Of a DNA stretch of 64,000 nucleotides, positions 12,451 to 22,345 are shown one piece after another. How positions within the stretch are numbered: the first letter of the stretch is position 1; each line of letters begins with the position of its first letter. The DNA lies in NCBI GenBank assembly GCA_964270895.1, contig OZ185435.1; one strand, written 5' to 3'. The DNA is from Podarcis filfolensis. Lineage: Eukaryota. Below the pieces are notes generated by a model. That model did not search any database. It saw only the letters and a list, made by a program, of their open reading frames with translations, and was not told where the DNA came from. The translations under genes were made by a program, and so were the position numbers.

Positions 12451-13269
12451 AGCAGCAGCACTACTGCCACTCTTCATACTTCTGATCTCTCTCTCTACTT
12501 GGTGCTCTCTTTGGGAAACCTTTTTTTTCCCTCGCCAGAAACAGATTTCCTACATTTCATCAGTCCACATAGACTGAACGGAAGTTTAACGCTTACTTTT
12601 TTCTGGTGGAGGGAAAGGGGGGGCCGTTGAAACAACGACACGGCAAATACAATTGACACCGCTTTACCCAGCCTTGAAACGCAGATATTGAATTACAAAC
12701 TATTGGCAAGGACTTTGGGTTGAGAAGGGTCCAGCTCTTATTTATGCTGCTTCCAATATTCTGGTGGAGGGGAAGGAGGGATGGGTGAGAAATACCCTTT
12801 AAAAATAATAATAAGCAGGCTGGGGTTTATTGAAAAGCGTTTACTGCGACACCACAGTATGTTGTAAAATGTTTCTTTTGGAGATGGTTTAATTTTTAGC
12901 TTTGTTTCCTAAAAAGATCATTGGGTGAGAGGCGCATCCCATTGAAGTCAGTGGCAAAGTTCCCACTGATTTGAAAACACAATAAAGTGTTGTGGCTGGT
13001 TTGCTGTAGCATTAACTTTCATGGGCATTTTCTGCCTTTCCCAAGCATTTGATAAAGCTCAAACCACATTAATCCACTTACACATTAATTCCACATACAC
13101 TTTCTCTCTGCAAGGCTAAAGACATGTTGGTGTGTGAAGTGGGATGTCCACGTGAAACCCGCACACTAATTAACATGGTACAATCTCCTAGAAAGCTCTC
13201 CTGGATAAGAGTCAATTAAATGAACAACAGAAAGATTTGCACAAAAGAACTCCCTAGAGCAAAGCGGGG

Positions 13270-13650
13270 GGGGGGGGGGGTCTGTGGCCCTCCAGATGCG
13301 GTTAGACTACAACACTCATCATTTCTGACCATTGGTCATGCTTGGCTTGCGGTGATGGGAATTGGAGTATATCAATACAGTGATACCTCGGGTTACATAC
13401 GCTTCAGGTTACATACACTTCAGGTTACAGACTCCGCTAACCCAGAAATAGTACCTCGGGTTAAGAACTTTGCTTCAGGATGAGAACACAAACCATGTTC
13501 CGGTGGTGCGGCAGCAGAAGAAGGCCCCATTAGCTAAAGTGGTGCTTCAGGTTAAGAACAGTTTCAGGTTAAAAACAGACCTCCGGAACGAATTAAGTAC
13601 ATAACCAGAGGTACCACTGTATCTGGAGGGCCACAGGCTCCTCATGTCTG
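13270..13650. mobile_element. Short hAT-type MITE split by a mariner MITE
   Basis: tgtggccctccagatg...gatgggaattggagtat [insertion] atctggagggccacagg. Confidence 0.75.
13378..13619. mobile_element. Tc1/mariner-type MITE, 242 bp
   Basis: TIR CAGTGATACCTCGGGTTA / TAACCAGAGGTACCACTG; TA duplicated on both sides. Confidence 0.9.
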
Positions 13651-14021
13651 TCCTAGCCTCCTTAAATCAGGCTTGTTTGTCTCCCACTCTGCCATTCTCA
13701 CCAGCACTCAAAATCAACAGCCTGAGACCATCACTTCACCTTTCTTCATGGTAGGGCTGCATCTGTAGGTCTCGTGCAAGTACATCTCTGACTCCTAAGG
13801 AAGTGCCTTATATGCAGAGAACTGCATCACTTGACTGAATGCCCAGACCAAGACCTGGTTCACACAGAGCATCTGGTTGGTCACTGTGGTAACAGGATGC
13901 TGGACTACAGGTCTGCTCCAGCCTATGACTGTCTGGTACCTAAAACTATCCAGTCCAAAATACTGTCAGTATATACTTGTGGACTGACAACTGACAGTTT
14001 TGTGACATGGTCAGTTCCTGG

Positions 14022-14322
14022 CAGGGCTGTCTTAAGCATATGCTGCGCCGGGGTGCAAAGATCCACCTAGGGCCACCACCACCCAGTCCCAGGCGTGTAG
14101 GAGGGTGGAGCTAGCTGGCTGGCCACCTCAGCATCTCGCTGGCTTGGTTGCCCTCCAAACTCGCAGTGCAGAGCTGCCCGCAGCAGAAGAGCCCATCACG
14201 GCACTCCGACTGATGGGCTGGCTCTTCCCCGGACTCAACTCTCTGGCCCCGGACTCTTGGACTCTGAGAGCCCGGCGCCTGGGTGCTCCACACCCCTAGT
14301 GCCTATGGGTAAGACGGCCATG
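14022..14322. mobile_element. hAT-type MITE, 301 bp
   Basis: TIR CAGGGCTGTCTTA / TAAGACGGCCATG; perfect 8-bp TSD GTTCCTGG; termini shared with 7024-7273 in opposite orientation. Confidence 0.9.
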
Positions 14323-15157
14323 GTTCCTGGGCTCCAAATGCTCCAATGTGTAGCTCTCATGCAACTACTTGTAGTTACAATGGACTAATCTCAATGACTT
14401 TGCCTTAACCGGCTGCTTGCTTGAGACATACTATTTGCCTGTGGAACAGATGCATCTATGCAACATCCCAGGACCTTTCCGAGCACATTTTAAACAATGT
14501 TGTTCTTCAGAGCATTCTTTTAGTTGCACTGGTCCTCTCTAGCACCAGTACAGCCATAACCAGTCCTCATGTACTGTAATGGAAGCTGAGATAGCCTTGC
14601 TGCAGAGGGAATTGCCTCGTGGTGATGGGATTTTAAAATACTGGAAATGTTGAGCACATCTTTTAAACACAATGTGATGGACATGCAGAGCCTACAAATT
14701 GGCACTGCTGTAATGAAAGAGACCTTTGCATGGCACAACTATATCTCATATGGATTGCAGGGCAGAGTGCCAATGTAACCCAACAATTTCTGATTATACA
14801 AGTCCCAACATTACGCAGATCTTCTTTCATAAACAATAGTTCAGTTAGTAAAATGACAGTGTTCTTCCACATTTGGCTCTACTCACTTTTGTTGTGCATG
14901 GGTTATATTGCAATTAGTGGAACTGCCCCAGACTTGATGGGCTATAAAGTTGCTGCCATTTAAATAAGAAGCTTGGTGCTCAGTAGGCAGAAAATCTGGG
15001 GGCACTTCGGTGGCAGCTGTGGTAGCATATTGCAGGAATAATGACTTAAAACATGGTGACTTCTTATGCAAATAGTGACTCTGCATACAAATTCTTCCAT
15101 ACACTAGAAAGGGTGCATGGAGCATATGCAATCATTAGAGCATTTCATCTCTTTAAC

Positions 15158-15396
15158 CAGGTAGAGGGCCTTCTCGGTAGTGCCGTCCACCCTGTGGAAC
15201 GCCCTCCCATCAGATGTCGAGGAAATAAACAACCATCTGACTTTTGGAAGACATCTGAAGGTAGCCCTGTTTAGGGAAGTTCTTAATGTTTGATGTTTCA
15301 TCATGTTTTTAATATTCTGTTGGGAGCCGCCCAGAGTGGCTGGGGAAACCCAGCCAGATGGGCGCAGTATAAATAAATTATCATCATCATCATCAT
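15158..15396 (+). mobile_element. L2-type LINE 3' end with (CAT)n tail
   Basis: gagggccttctcggtagtg...ccctgtggaacgccctcccatcagatgtc...gtataaataaattatcatcatcat; near-identical copy at 55481-55789. Confidence 0.8.
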
Positions 15397-16591
15397 AGGA
15401 TTTGTAAACCACTTTCCAACAAATTCTTCCAAAGCATTTGTACAACAGAAATGCCAAAAGTCAACATATATAGCAAAAATGAAATGTACATAACGATGTA
15501 AAATACAGGTCTTAAAAGCATAAAATTGCAAAATTACACACAGAGTACAATATAAAATGGCCAAGCTACTGTTCAGGGAAAGCCCTCTTTACAATATATG
15601 TTTTCAATAGCTGCCTAAAAATGAAAGGTGCTAGGTGCTTGTCTAAGTTCCGTCGGAAACTGATTCCATACAGCTGCAATTCCAAGAGCATGGCACCAAG
15701 CATGCAATTCCAAGTTCAAAATGAACACTTGCCTGTTGAGCACACTTCAGTTTTGGGTGTGAATTGTCCTGCTAATGTTGTAAGTGTAATACTGCACTCT
15801 TTGAGGCTTGATCTGCAAACCAGTTTAACCCTAGTCCAGCCAGCAACCCCAGTCCACCTGGCTGCATCGCAGCATAGGCCAGTACCTTACTATAAATTTC
15901 TATGAAAAGAAATGGTGTTTGAGCTATTCACTTATAGTAACCATCCCACCTGGTCGATACGTAATCTTTCTATAACCTTGTATATTCCTCTTTTGTATCC
16001 TGACTCTTAGATTGTAATATATTAATATATTTTAGCAGGAACTCTTTGGACAGCACGTAGTATTTTAAACGTTTTATAATAAACTATAACTTCCAGCCTT
16101 AAGACCATTTTGCTTCTTTAGAGTTGTGTGTCTTCTGCAGCTGATTGGCTTGGCTCCAACGTTTTTATTATCAAACATTCAATGCAAAAAACATGCAACA
16201 AACTGCTTTAAACATAGAGGATGTGTTCAGATGTTATGAGGTTGAGTCTAGCCTCTCTACCAGGCTCACATACTCTCTGCTCCTTTCACAAGGCTGTGAG
16301 GAGGAGATTAGAACCTCCTGTTTCTATTTAAGAATAAGCAGAGTTCAGCACATCTTCCAAACCCAAAAATGTGGTTAATATTAACTAAGGAAAGTGAACA
16401 TGAATCAGCTTTATGAACTATGGTTTTAAGTTGCCCTGTTTCCACTAACCATAGTTAGGATTAACCATAGTTTGCTTTGTGCTTGAACAACATAAGACAA
16501 ACTGTAATTAAGCAAAAATCAGAAAAGGCTTCTGAACTCCTTACAGCCTCACCAGATGTGGAAGGGGAAACATCTGGAGGAAGGTTAGGCC

Positions 16592-18722
16592 TTTTTTGTT
16601 TTTGTTTTTTTCCTTTTAAAAAAAAATAATATTTATTACTTTTAAAAGTTACAGAAAATTAGAGAAAAAGACAAAAAAGAGAAAAGAAAAAAGAAGAAAA
16701 ACAAAAACAATACAATACAATATATAAACAATACAAACCCAACCTAAACCCATTAAACTAGACACATAAATAAAACAAAACAAATACAATTTAAAAACAT
16801 CCCTCCTTTTCCATACTCTGTCCTTCATTCCCTTGTTTCCTCGACTTCCTCACACCTCCCTTTTTGTATCCCACTTTTAGTACTTGTTTCAGCAAATCCT
16901 TTCCATCTTTCTCTATTTTCTATCATATTATAAATAACATATTCTTTAACCTTATTTCCCATTAAGGGTAAATTACTTATATGCACCTAACTTCTTATAG
17001 CATTTCTGCTAAATCCATAAAATATCATTCCACCATTTTTCTAACAGTCATTACTTTAACACAATTTCTAAATAAACACTTTAAATTTTCCAATAATCTT
17101 CCACTATCTCCTCTCCCTGGCTTCGGATTCTGCCAGTCCTTTCCGTCAGTTCCATATAGTCCATCAACCTGGTGATTTTATGTCCGAGGCTCTTAAATCT
17201 TTTCCAAGTCCCTTCTGCAGGTCTTCTTCATATTCTTTGATGCTCAGGAGCAAATCTCGGGAAAACTCCAACCTAGCAATACTTTTGTTCCTTCTGGACA
17301 GTTCAGCCAGATTTCCAAAGTTAAAAGTAAAGTCCATAAAGAGTTTCAGGACGTATTTCAGGATTCCTCCAATTCTAGAGGCCCCCAAAACTTCAGGCTC
17401 CTCCAAACCCAAGTCCATGTCCCAAAAGTCAGTCAATCCCTGGATAGAGGGTTCTTTCCAACTTTCCTTCTTCAATCCAAGCCGGGATCCAAACCTTGAA
17501 ATTTGACTTTTGCTAGGTTCAATCATGAAAGACCTCAATTTATAATCCTCAATTTGTTTCTGAAAAATTAAGGATCCCGCTTGTACTACTTTTGGTTTCA
17601 CAACATCAGCTTTCTCCTTTTCCTCCACCATTTGCCCGACCAAAATATGTTCCTGTGCCAAATCCTGAATTATTTCTGTGTTGGTACTCACTTTTTGACT
17701 CAAATTAGTCACTTTCTGTTCCAAGTTGTCAATTTTAAAGATCGTGTCATCTGTCTTTTTATGGAGCTGTTCCAGCGAGTAGTTTATCTTGTATAATACA
17801 GTCACAATAGCTTCTCCTATCAACATTTTAAATGGTCCAAGGTCAGTCTCTGGTTCTCAGAATCTTTATCTTGCAGCTGGAGGTCTCCCTGTTACACTCC
17901 TGTAACAGTTTCACATGCTCCCTCTAGAGGGAAACAGTCTCCACTTGTATCAATTCTTTCAAGCACGACTCGAGCAAATAACAATAGTTTCAATTTTCGG
18001 TTACTTTTTCCTCCATTTTTAAACGCAGAAGAGGACAATGGAAACAGTGTCTTTCTTATTTTAGCTAGCTGTCAAATCCGTTCTGTCAATGAACATTCCC
18101 CAAACGTCATCTGGCAGCCCTTTTCCAGGTTCAGAGCAGTGGCAATTTGATTTTCACTCTCTCCTGCAGGCACACTAGATCCAAAACTTCCCCCCTCTTC
18201 TCCTGCTTCCAAGGGGGGTTATATATTTTTGTCCGGTGGAAATTTAATCCTTTGTCAAAAGCTTTCAAAGACTTAAGCTTGTAGCGTCTTTGCTTCAATC
18301 TATTTACAAAAGCGGAAGGCGGACTTCCTGTTTAGAACCTTCCCGCTTCGGTGCCAAATTAAAGTATTTCAAGATCCAATTTTCCATTCTACTCACGGGT
18401 AGTTGTTTAAAATCCAATTGTCCACAGGAAAAAGTCAGCGCTCTCCGGCAGCAGCAATGCGGCTTCACTCCGTGAAAGAAGCGGTCGATTCAAAGCACCG
18501 CGCCGCTCACCCATGTCACTCCGGATCCCCAAAACAGGGTTTCCCCGCGAGTAGGGGAGGCACAAAAGGTGCCAGCTGAATCCCAAGTTCACAGGCTTCT
18601 CCCGCCTGTGATTTCTATGGGTCTCCGCCTTCGCCGTGGCGGTCAGACCCTGCTTTTCACGGAGCAAGTTCCTCCCGATTGGAGGAGCTCCGCCATTGCC
18701 GGAGGCGCCAACCCGGAAGTCC
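16592..18722 (-). mobile_element. 5'-complete non-autonomous L1 derivative (5' UTR + ORF1-like + last codons of ORF2 + 3' UTR + A-rich tail), HAL1-like
   Basis: 5' end GGACTTCCGGGTTGGCGCC...AATGGCGG; degenerate TSD gaaggttaggcctttt / gagggtaggcttttt; 3' part translates LMDYMELTERTGRIRSQGEEIVEDYWK, matching L1 ORF2 C-termini at 5.4 and 26.4 kb; total length about 2.1 kb. Confidence 0.75.
17164..17826 (-). CDS. 220-aa ORF1-like (coiled-coil N-terminal part) ORF of the L1 derivative; may be an N-terminally damaged remnant
   Basis: Heptad-like run INYSLEQLHKKTDDTIFKIDNLEQKVTNLSQKV typical of L1 ORF1p; lies between the L1 5' UTR and the ORF2 remnant; upstream frames are broken by stops. Confidence 0.55.
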   Translation of the reverse strand: MLIGEAIVTVLYKINYSLEQLHKKTDDTIFKIDNLEQKVTNLSQKVSTNTEIIQDLAQEHILVGQMVEEKEKADVVKPKVVQAGSLIFQKQIEDYKLRSFMIEPSKSQISRFGSRLGLKKESWKEPSIQGLTDFWDMDLGLEEPEVLGASRIGGILKYVLKLFMDFTFNFGNLAELSRRNKSIARLEFSRDLLLSIKEYEEDLQKGLGKDLRASDIKSPG

Positions 18723-19044
18723 GAGGGTAGGCTTTTTGTCATAACATTAAACTATGGTTTAGCATTACATCCAAACCACCGTTTTCAGTTAAGAATCAAA
18801 TACGTGGTTAGATCACACAATTAATCCATTTTATTTTTAATACATCAGCAACTAAAACCATCTTCTATAACATAAAACAATGGCTGCCCCTAACAAAATC
18901 CACCTAATTAGTTTCTTGCAATGGCCCCAACGCATGTAAACAGATTTGAAGTAACCCAGACAGATTGCAGACCCCACCTCCTCTGTTTAATTGTCTTCTT
19001 TTTGCTGCACAAGAAGTTTGTTCCTTGCAAGAGATCAGCTTCAG

Positions 19045-19175
19045 ATGATAAACTCCAGCTGTTTTGCACTACAATTCCCATCAGCCCCAGTCAACACAGG
19101 AGTTGTAGAGGGCAGATGGGAGTTATAATCCAAAACGTCTGGAGGGCACCAGGTTGGCAAAGCCTGCATAGATAA
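19045..19175. mobile_element. Short hAT-type MITE
   Basis: ctccagctgttttgcactacaattcccatc...gatgggagttataatccaaaacgtctggagggc hairpin; further degraded copies near 21725, 23020, 31850, 43460 and 51480. Confidence 0.65.
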
Positions 19176-20229
19176 AATAGAAATTGCTTTTTTTCTACCA
19201 TACTTCTTCCCTGACGCCTGAAGCCAGACTGATTGAAGCCATTCCTCCAAAATCCACATACAAGTAAACTGACAGCTGCCTTGGGGACAGAAACATGGGT
19301 TGTACCACCTTAGCAGAACTGGAGGAAATTGCTTTTGGTAATAGTTGGAGAAGAACTTAGTCCATCCACTGGCACCAGTCATACTCCTCCTTGCTATCTA
19401 TATATTGCTGGTAAATGGTCTTTTAAACTTGATTCTGTGCACTTTGAAGTACACAGGATCAAGAAAATCCAAAATTTTCCAGAAAATGCATGACTTCATA
19501 CTTTGCTCAAGAAAAAGCCTGCATTTGGAATGAATCTCTGAACTTATTCCAGATTCCAGGCTATAAACTAGCCAGTTATGTATATGTGTATTTAACTGTA
19601 GAGCACGTTTTTAAAAAGTTGGAAAGATTGTGCAGCCACATACACACTCCCCCTTAAAATGGTGGATAATGCGTGCCTTAAACAATGGTCCAAGACATAT
19701 GGCTGGGAGGAGAACATGCCAAATTGTCTATATTTAGTTAGTCTGTACTTTTTCTCTCTCTTGCATGTGATACATTTACTGAGCTTATATTCTTGCTTTT
19801 GCTGAGCAGCCATCAAATGCTAATGCATTCTGCAAAATATAGCTTAACAAAGGCTAGTAAATCTGCACAACTCAGAGCAAACCCTATAGAAGAAGGCCTG
19901 GTTAGACCCGACTGCCAAACATACAGCTGAAATCTACATTATAAGCTACAAATAATGGAGGGATTTGCACTTCAAACAAAGTTTGCGCCTTTTCTGTTTC
20001 ACACTTGTGATTGAATTTTGTCTCCAAGTTTGGCAACTCTTCAAAGGACAACTTTTAATAAGGTTTGCAGAGGAAATATAAAAAATGTTATTTAAGATGC
20101 TAACGTCTTGCCTTACATTTTCAGGGTCCCTCATGATCAACCCCAACATTTTAAAATTTAAGAATGGGAGAGTTATTGTTACTGAGTTGGTCCTAGAGAG
20201 CAACTGATAACACATTGGCCTAGCCTCTA

Positions 20230-20610
20230 AAAAAGGTAAAGGTAAAGGACCACTGACAGTTACGTCCAGCCACAGACGACTCTGGGGTTGCGGCGCTCAT
20301 CTTGCTTTACAGGCTGAGGGAGCTGGTGTTTGTCCGCAGTTTTTCCCGGTCATGTGGCCAGCATGACTAAGCCGCTTCTGGCACAATGGAACACCGAAAG
20401 CAGAGCAGCGCACAGAAACACTGTTTACCTTCCCACCGGAGCAGTACCTATTTATCTACTTGCACTGGCATGCTTTCGAACTGCTAGGTTGGCAGGAGCT
20501 GGGACTGAGCAACAGGAGCTCACCCCATCGCAGGGATTCGAACCGCCAACCTTCTGATCGGCAAGCCCAAGAGGCTCAGTGGTTTAGACCACAGTGACAC
20601 CCATGTCCCA
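20230..20610 (-). mobile_element. Sauria SINE, full length
   Basis: (ACCTTT)n tail seen as aaaggtaaagg; typical body ggtcatgtggccagcatgact...ttcgaactgctaggttggcagg; perfect 14-bp TSD TGGCCTAGCCTCTA. Confidence 0.9.
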
Positions 20611-21179
20611 TGGCCTAGCCTCTACCGCACTACAATTCAAGTCCTTTTTTTTTTAAGGCAGAGATTTGTTCTTTCGTTGAAGAGTGTATACTTCCCTGAA
20701 TTAAGAGACCCTGCAGACAGCAGAATACTGTAGGGATATCGCGGAGTGGGGAGTGGGGTCTGGAGGGAGCACACTTCCCCACCAGCAGGCAGCCACAGTC
20801 TGCCTGCATGCGTGACCCTGGGGTGCAGGGCACAACCCCCCCTCAGACAAGCCACAAGCTGTCTAGAACATCGTCCCCTGTGTCTGACCTTTTGCAGTCT
20901 CAGAGTCAGCGGTGTCCTGTCTGTAAGTTTTTCCCTAAGACCTGTTGTCTCCATTCGTCATACACTGGGCAAGGGGAAAATGACGCTGTGGAAGAGGTGT
21001 CAGAATAACTTTGTACTACCCCACGATTTCGGGATGGAAGATGTGTAAAGGTCACAGCCCAAAAATGTATTTGTCTAGCTTGCATGTTTGTCTCAATAAA
21101 AGGAGGCTCCACAGGAATGGTGGTAGCTCGCTCGCACACTTCAGACCGCCTGTGCGCAGCTCACATCATGATAAACACC

Positions 21180-21330
21180 TGTCTTGCGCCTTCACTTCAG
21201 AACACTGTTCTCAGAGTGGCCAACCAGAATCCACCGGGAAGCTCACAAACAGGACCAGAATGCAACAGCACTCTTCCCCTCCTGCAGCTTCCAGCAGCTG
21301 GTATTCAGAAGCACGCTTCCTCAGTAGGGG
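21180..21330 (-). mobile_element. CR1-type LINE 3' fragment
   Basis: ctgttctcagagtggccaaccag...gggaagctcacaaacagg...ttccagcagctggtattcaga, same family as 40738-40880. Confidence 0.55.
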
Positions 21331-22159
21331 TAGAGCACAGCTCAGGGTTAGTAGCCAGTGATACTAAAAAGAGGTTTGTTATAATGCCAATTAACATTGT
21401 TACGTTCAATAGGGAGCACAAGAAGTACAATTCTCCAATGGAAAGCTGGCTAGGGATGCCTCATTTGTGGCTAGTTCTGCCTTATTTCAGTCACTTATTT
21501 GAAAAGGGAGGGAGCCAATATGGGTTGAAGCAGTTCGTACATCTGTGCTTTGGGGGTCAGTTGTGCTCATCCATGTGCCTGATATCCTAAAGAAAACCAA
21601 TATGGATGTACTCCCTAGTGCCACTGGATTGCAGCTTTTCTCTGTCTAGCAGTTCCATCTTCAACTTTTGTGCCAGTGGACCTGTTTACCCATTTAAGGA
21701 GATGTGAGATGTGATGCCCCCTTGATGTTGTGTACTACAACTCCCAAAAGCCCCAGGCAGGGTGGTCAATAGTCAGAGGTTATGGAAGTTGTAGTCCAAA
21801 ACATCTAGAGCAGCACCATATTGGCTATCCGTGGGCTAGACTAGCAATGGTCTAAACCCATAGGATTGCAAGGCTCATGTTTGAAGAAAACTCTGCTTTT
21901 CCACATGAATATTCTGAGGCAACTGGGAAGCCAGAAGAGCAGCTGAGACATTGGAATGGAAAGAGGCTCAACACTGTCCTTGTACCAGGGCTATTCATGC
22001 CTTGTGGGCCCAAGTGCAGAGCAGCCACAGGCACGGAGGGGGCTGTGTATAATATAATAACAATGAGATACAGGACAGTGGTATTGGGACTGCCACAACT
22101 TTATGGACTACCAATGTCAGCAGGTTTTGGCATAGGCACTGAGTGTGTATCCTGAAATC

Positions 22160-22345
22160 AAGCAGTCCATCTGCTGGTTGTTGATTAGTAGGGTTGGCCA
22201 AGGTTAAGGGGCACGCTATGATGTGTTGCATATCTGGACTATCCCCTAGTTCACCATTTGGGGTGCTATGGCCCATCAGCCTCCAATATGGGTGTCTGGA
22301 CATGAAGCACCTGTCACAGCAACTGGCCTATAGTTGAACCAATGC
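22160..22345 (-). mobile_element. Degraded non-LTR retrotransposon 3' end (RTE/Vingi-like)
   Basis: Minus-strand translation TPNGELGDSPDMQHIIACPL resembles a decayed C-terminal CCHC motif (CxCG...TMQHII.CP); family uncertain. Confidence 0.35.

Noticed and set aside
12540-12566. CUGAUGA...GAAA on the minus strand, possible second hammerhead
   Set aside because: Intervening AAUGUAG cannot form stem II and there is no stem I pairing
10160-12630. Many overlapping 60-170-aa ORFs in the CpG islands
   Set aside because: Present in all frames on both strands, as expected for stop-poor GC-rich DNA; no protein similarity recognised
14663-14872. Minus-strand ORF containing LLFMKEDL, reminiscent of GAS2 LLPMKEDL
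   Set aside because: Flanking residues do not match GAS2 (no QWLASRHE before, no ALWL after), and it lies upstream of the presumed promoter; treated as chance
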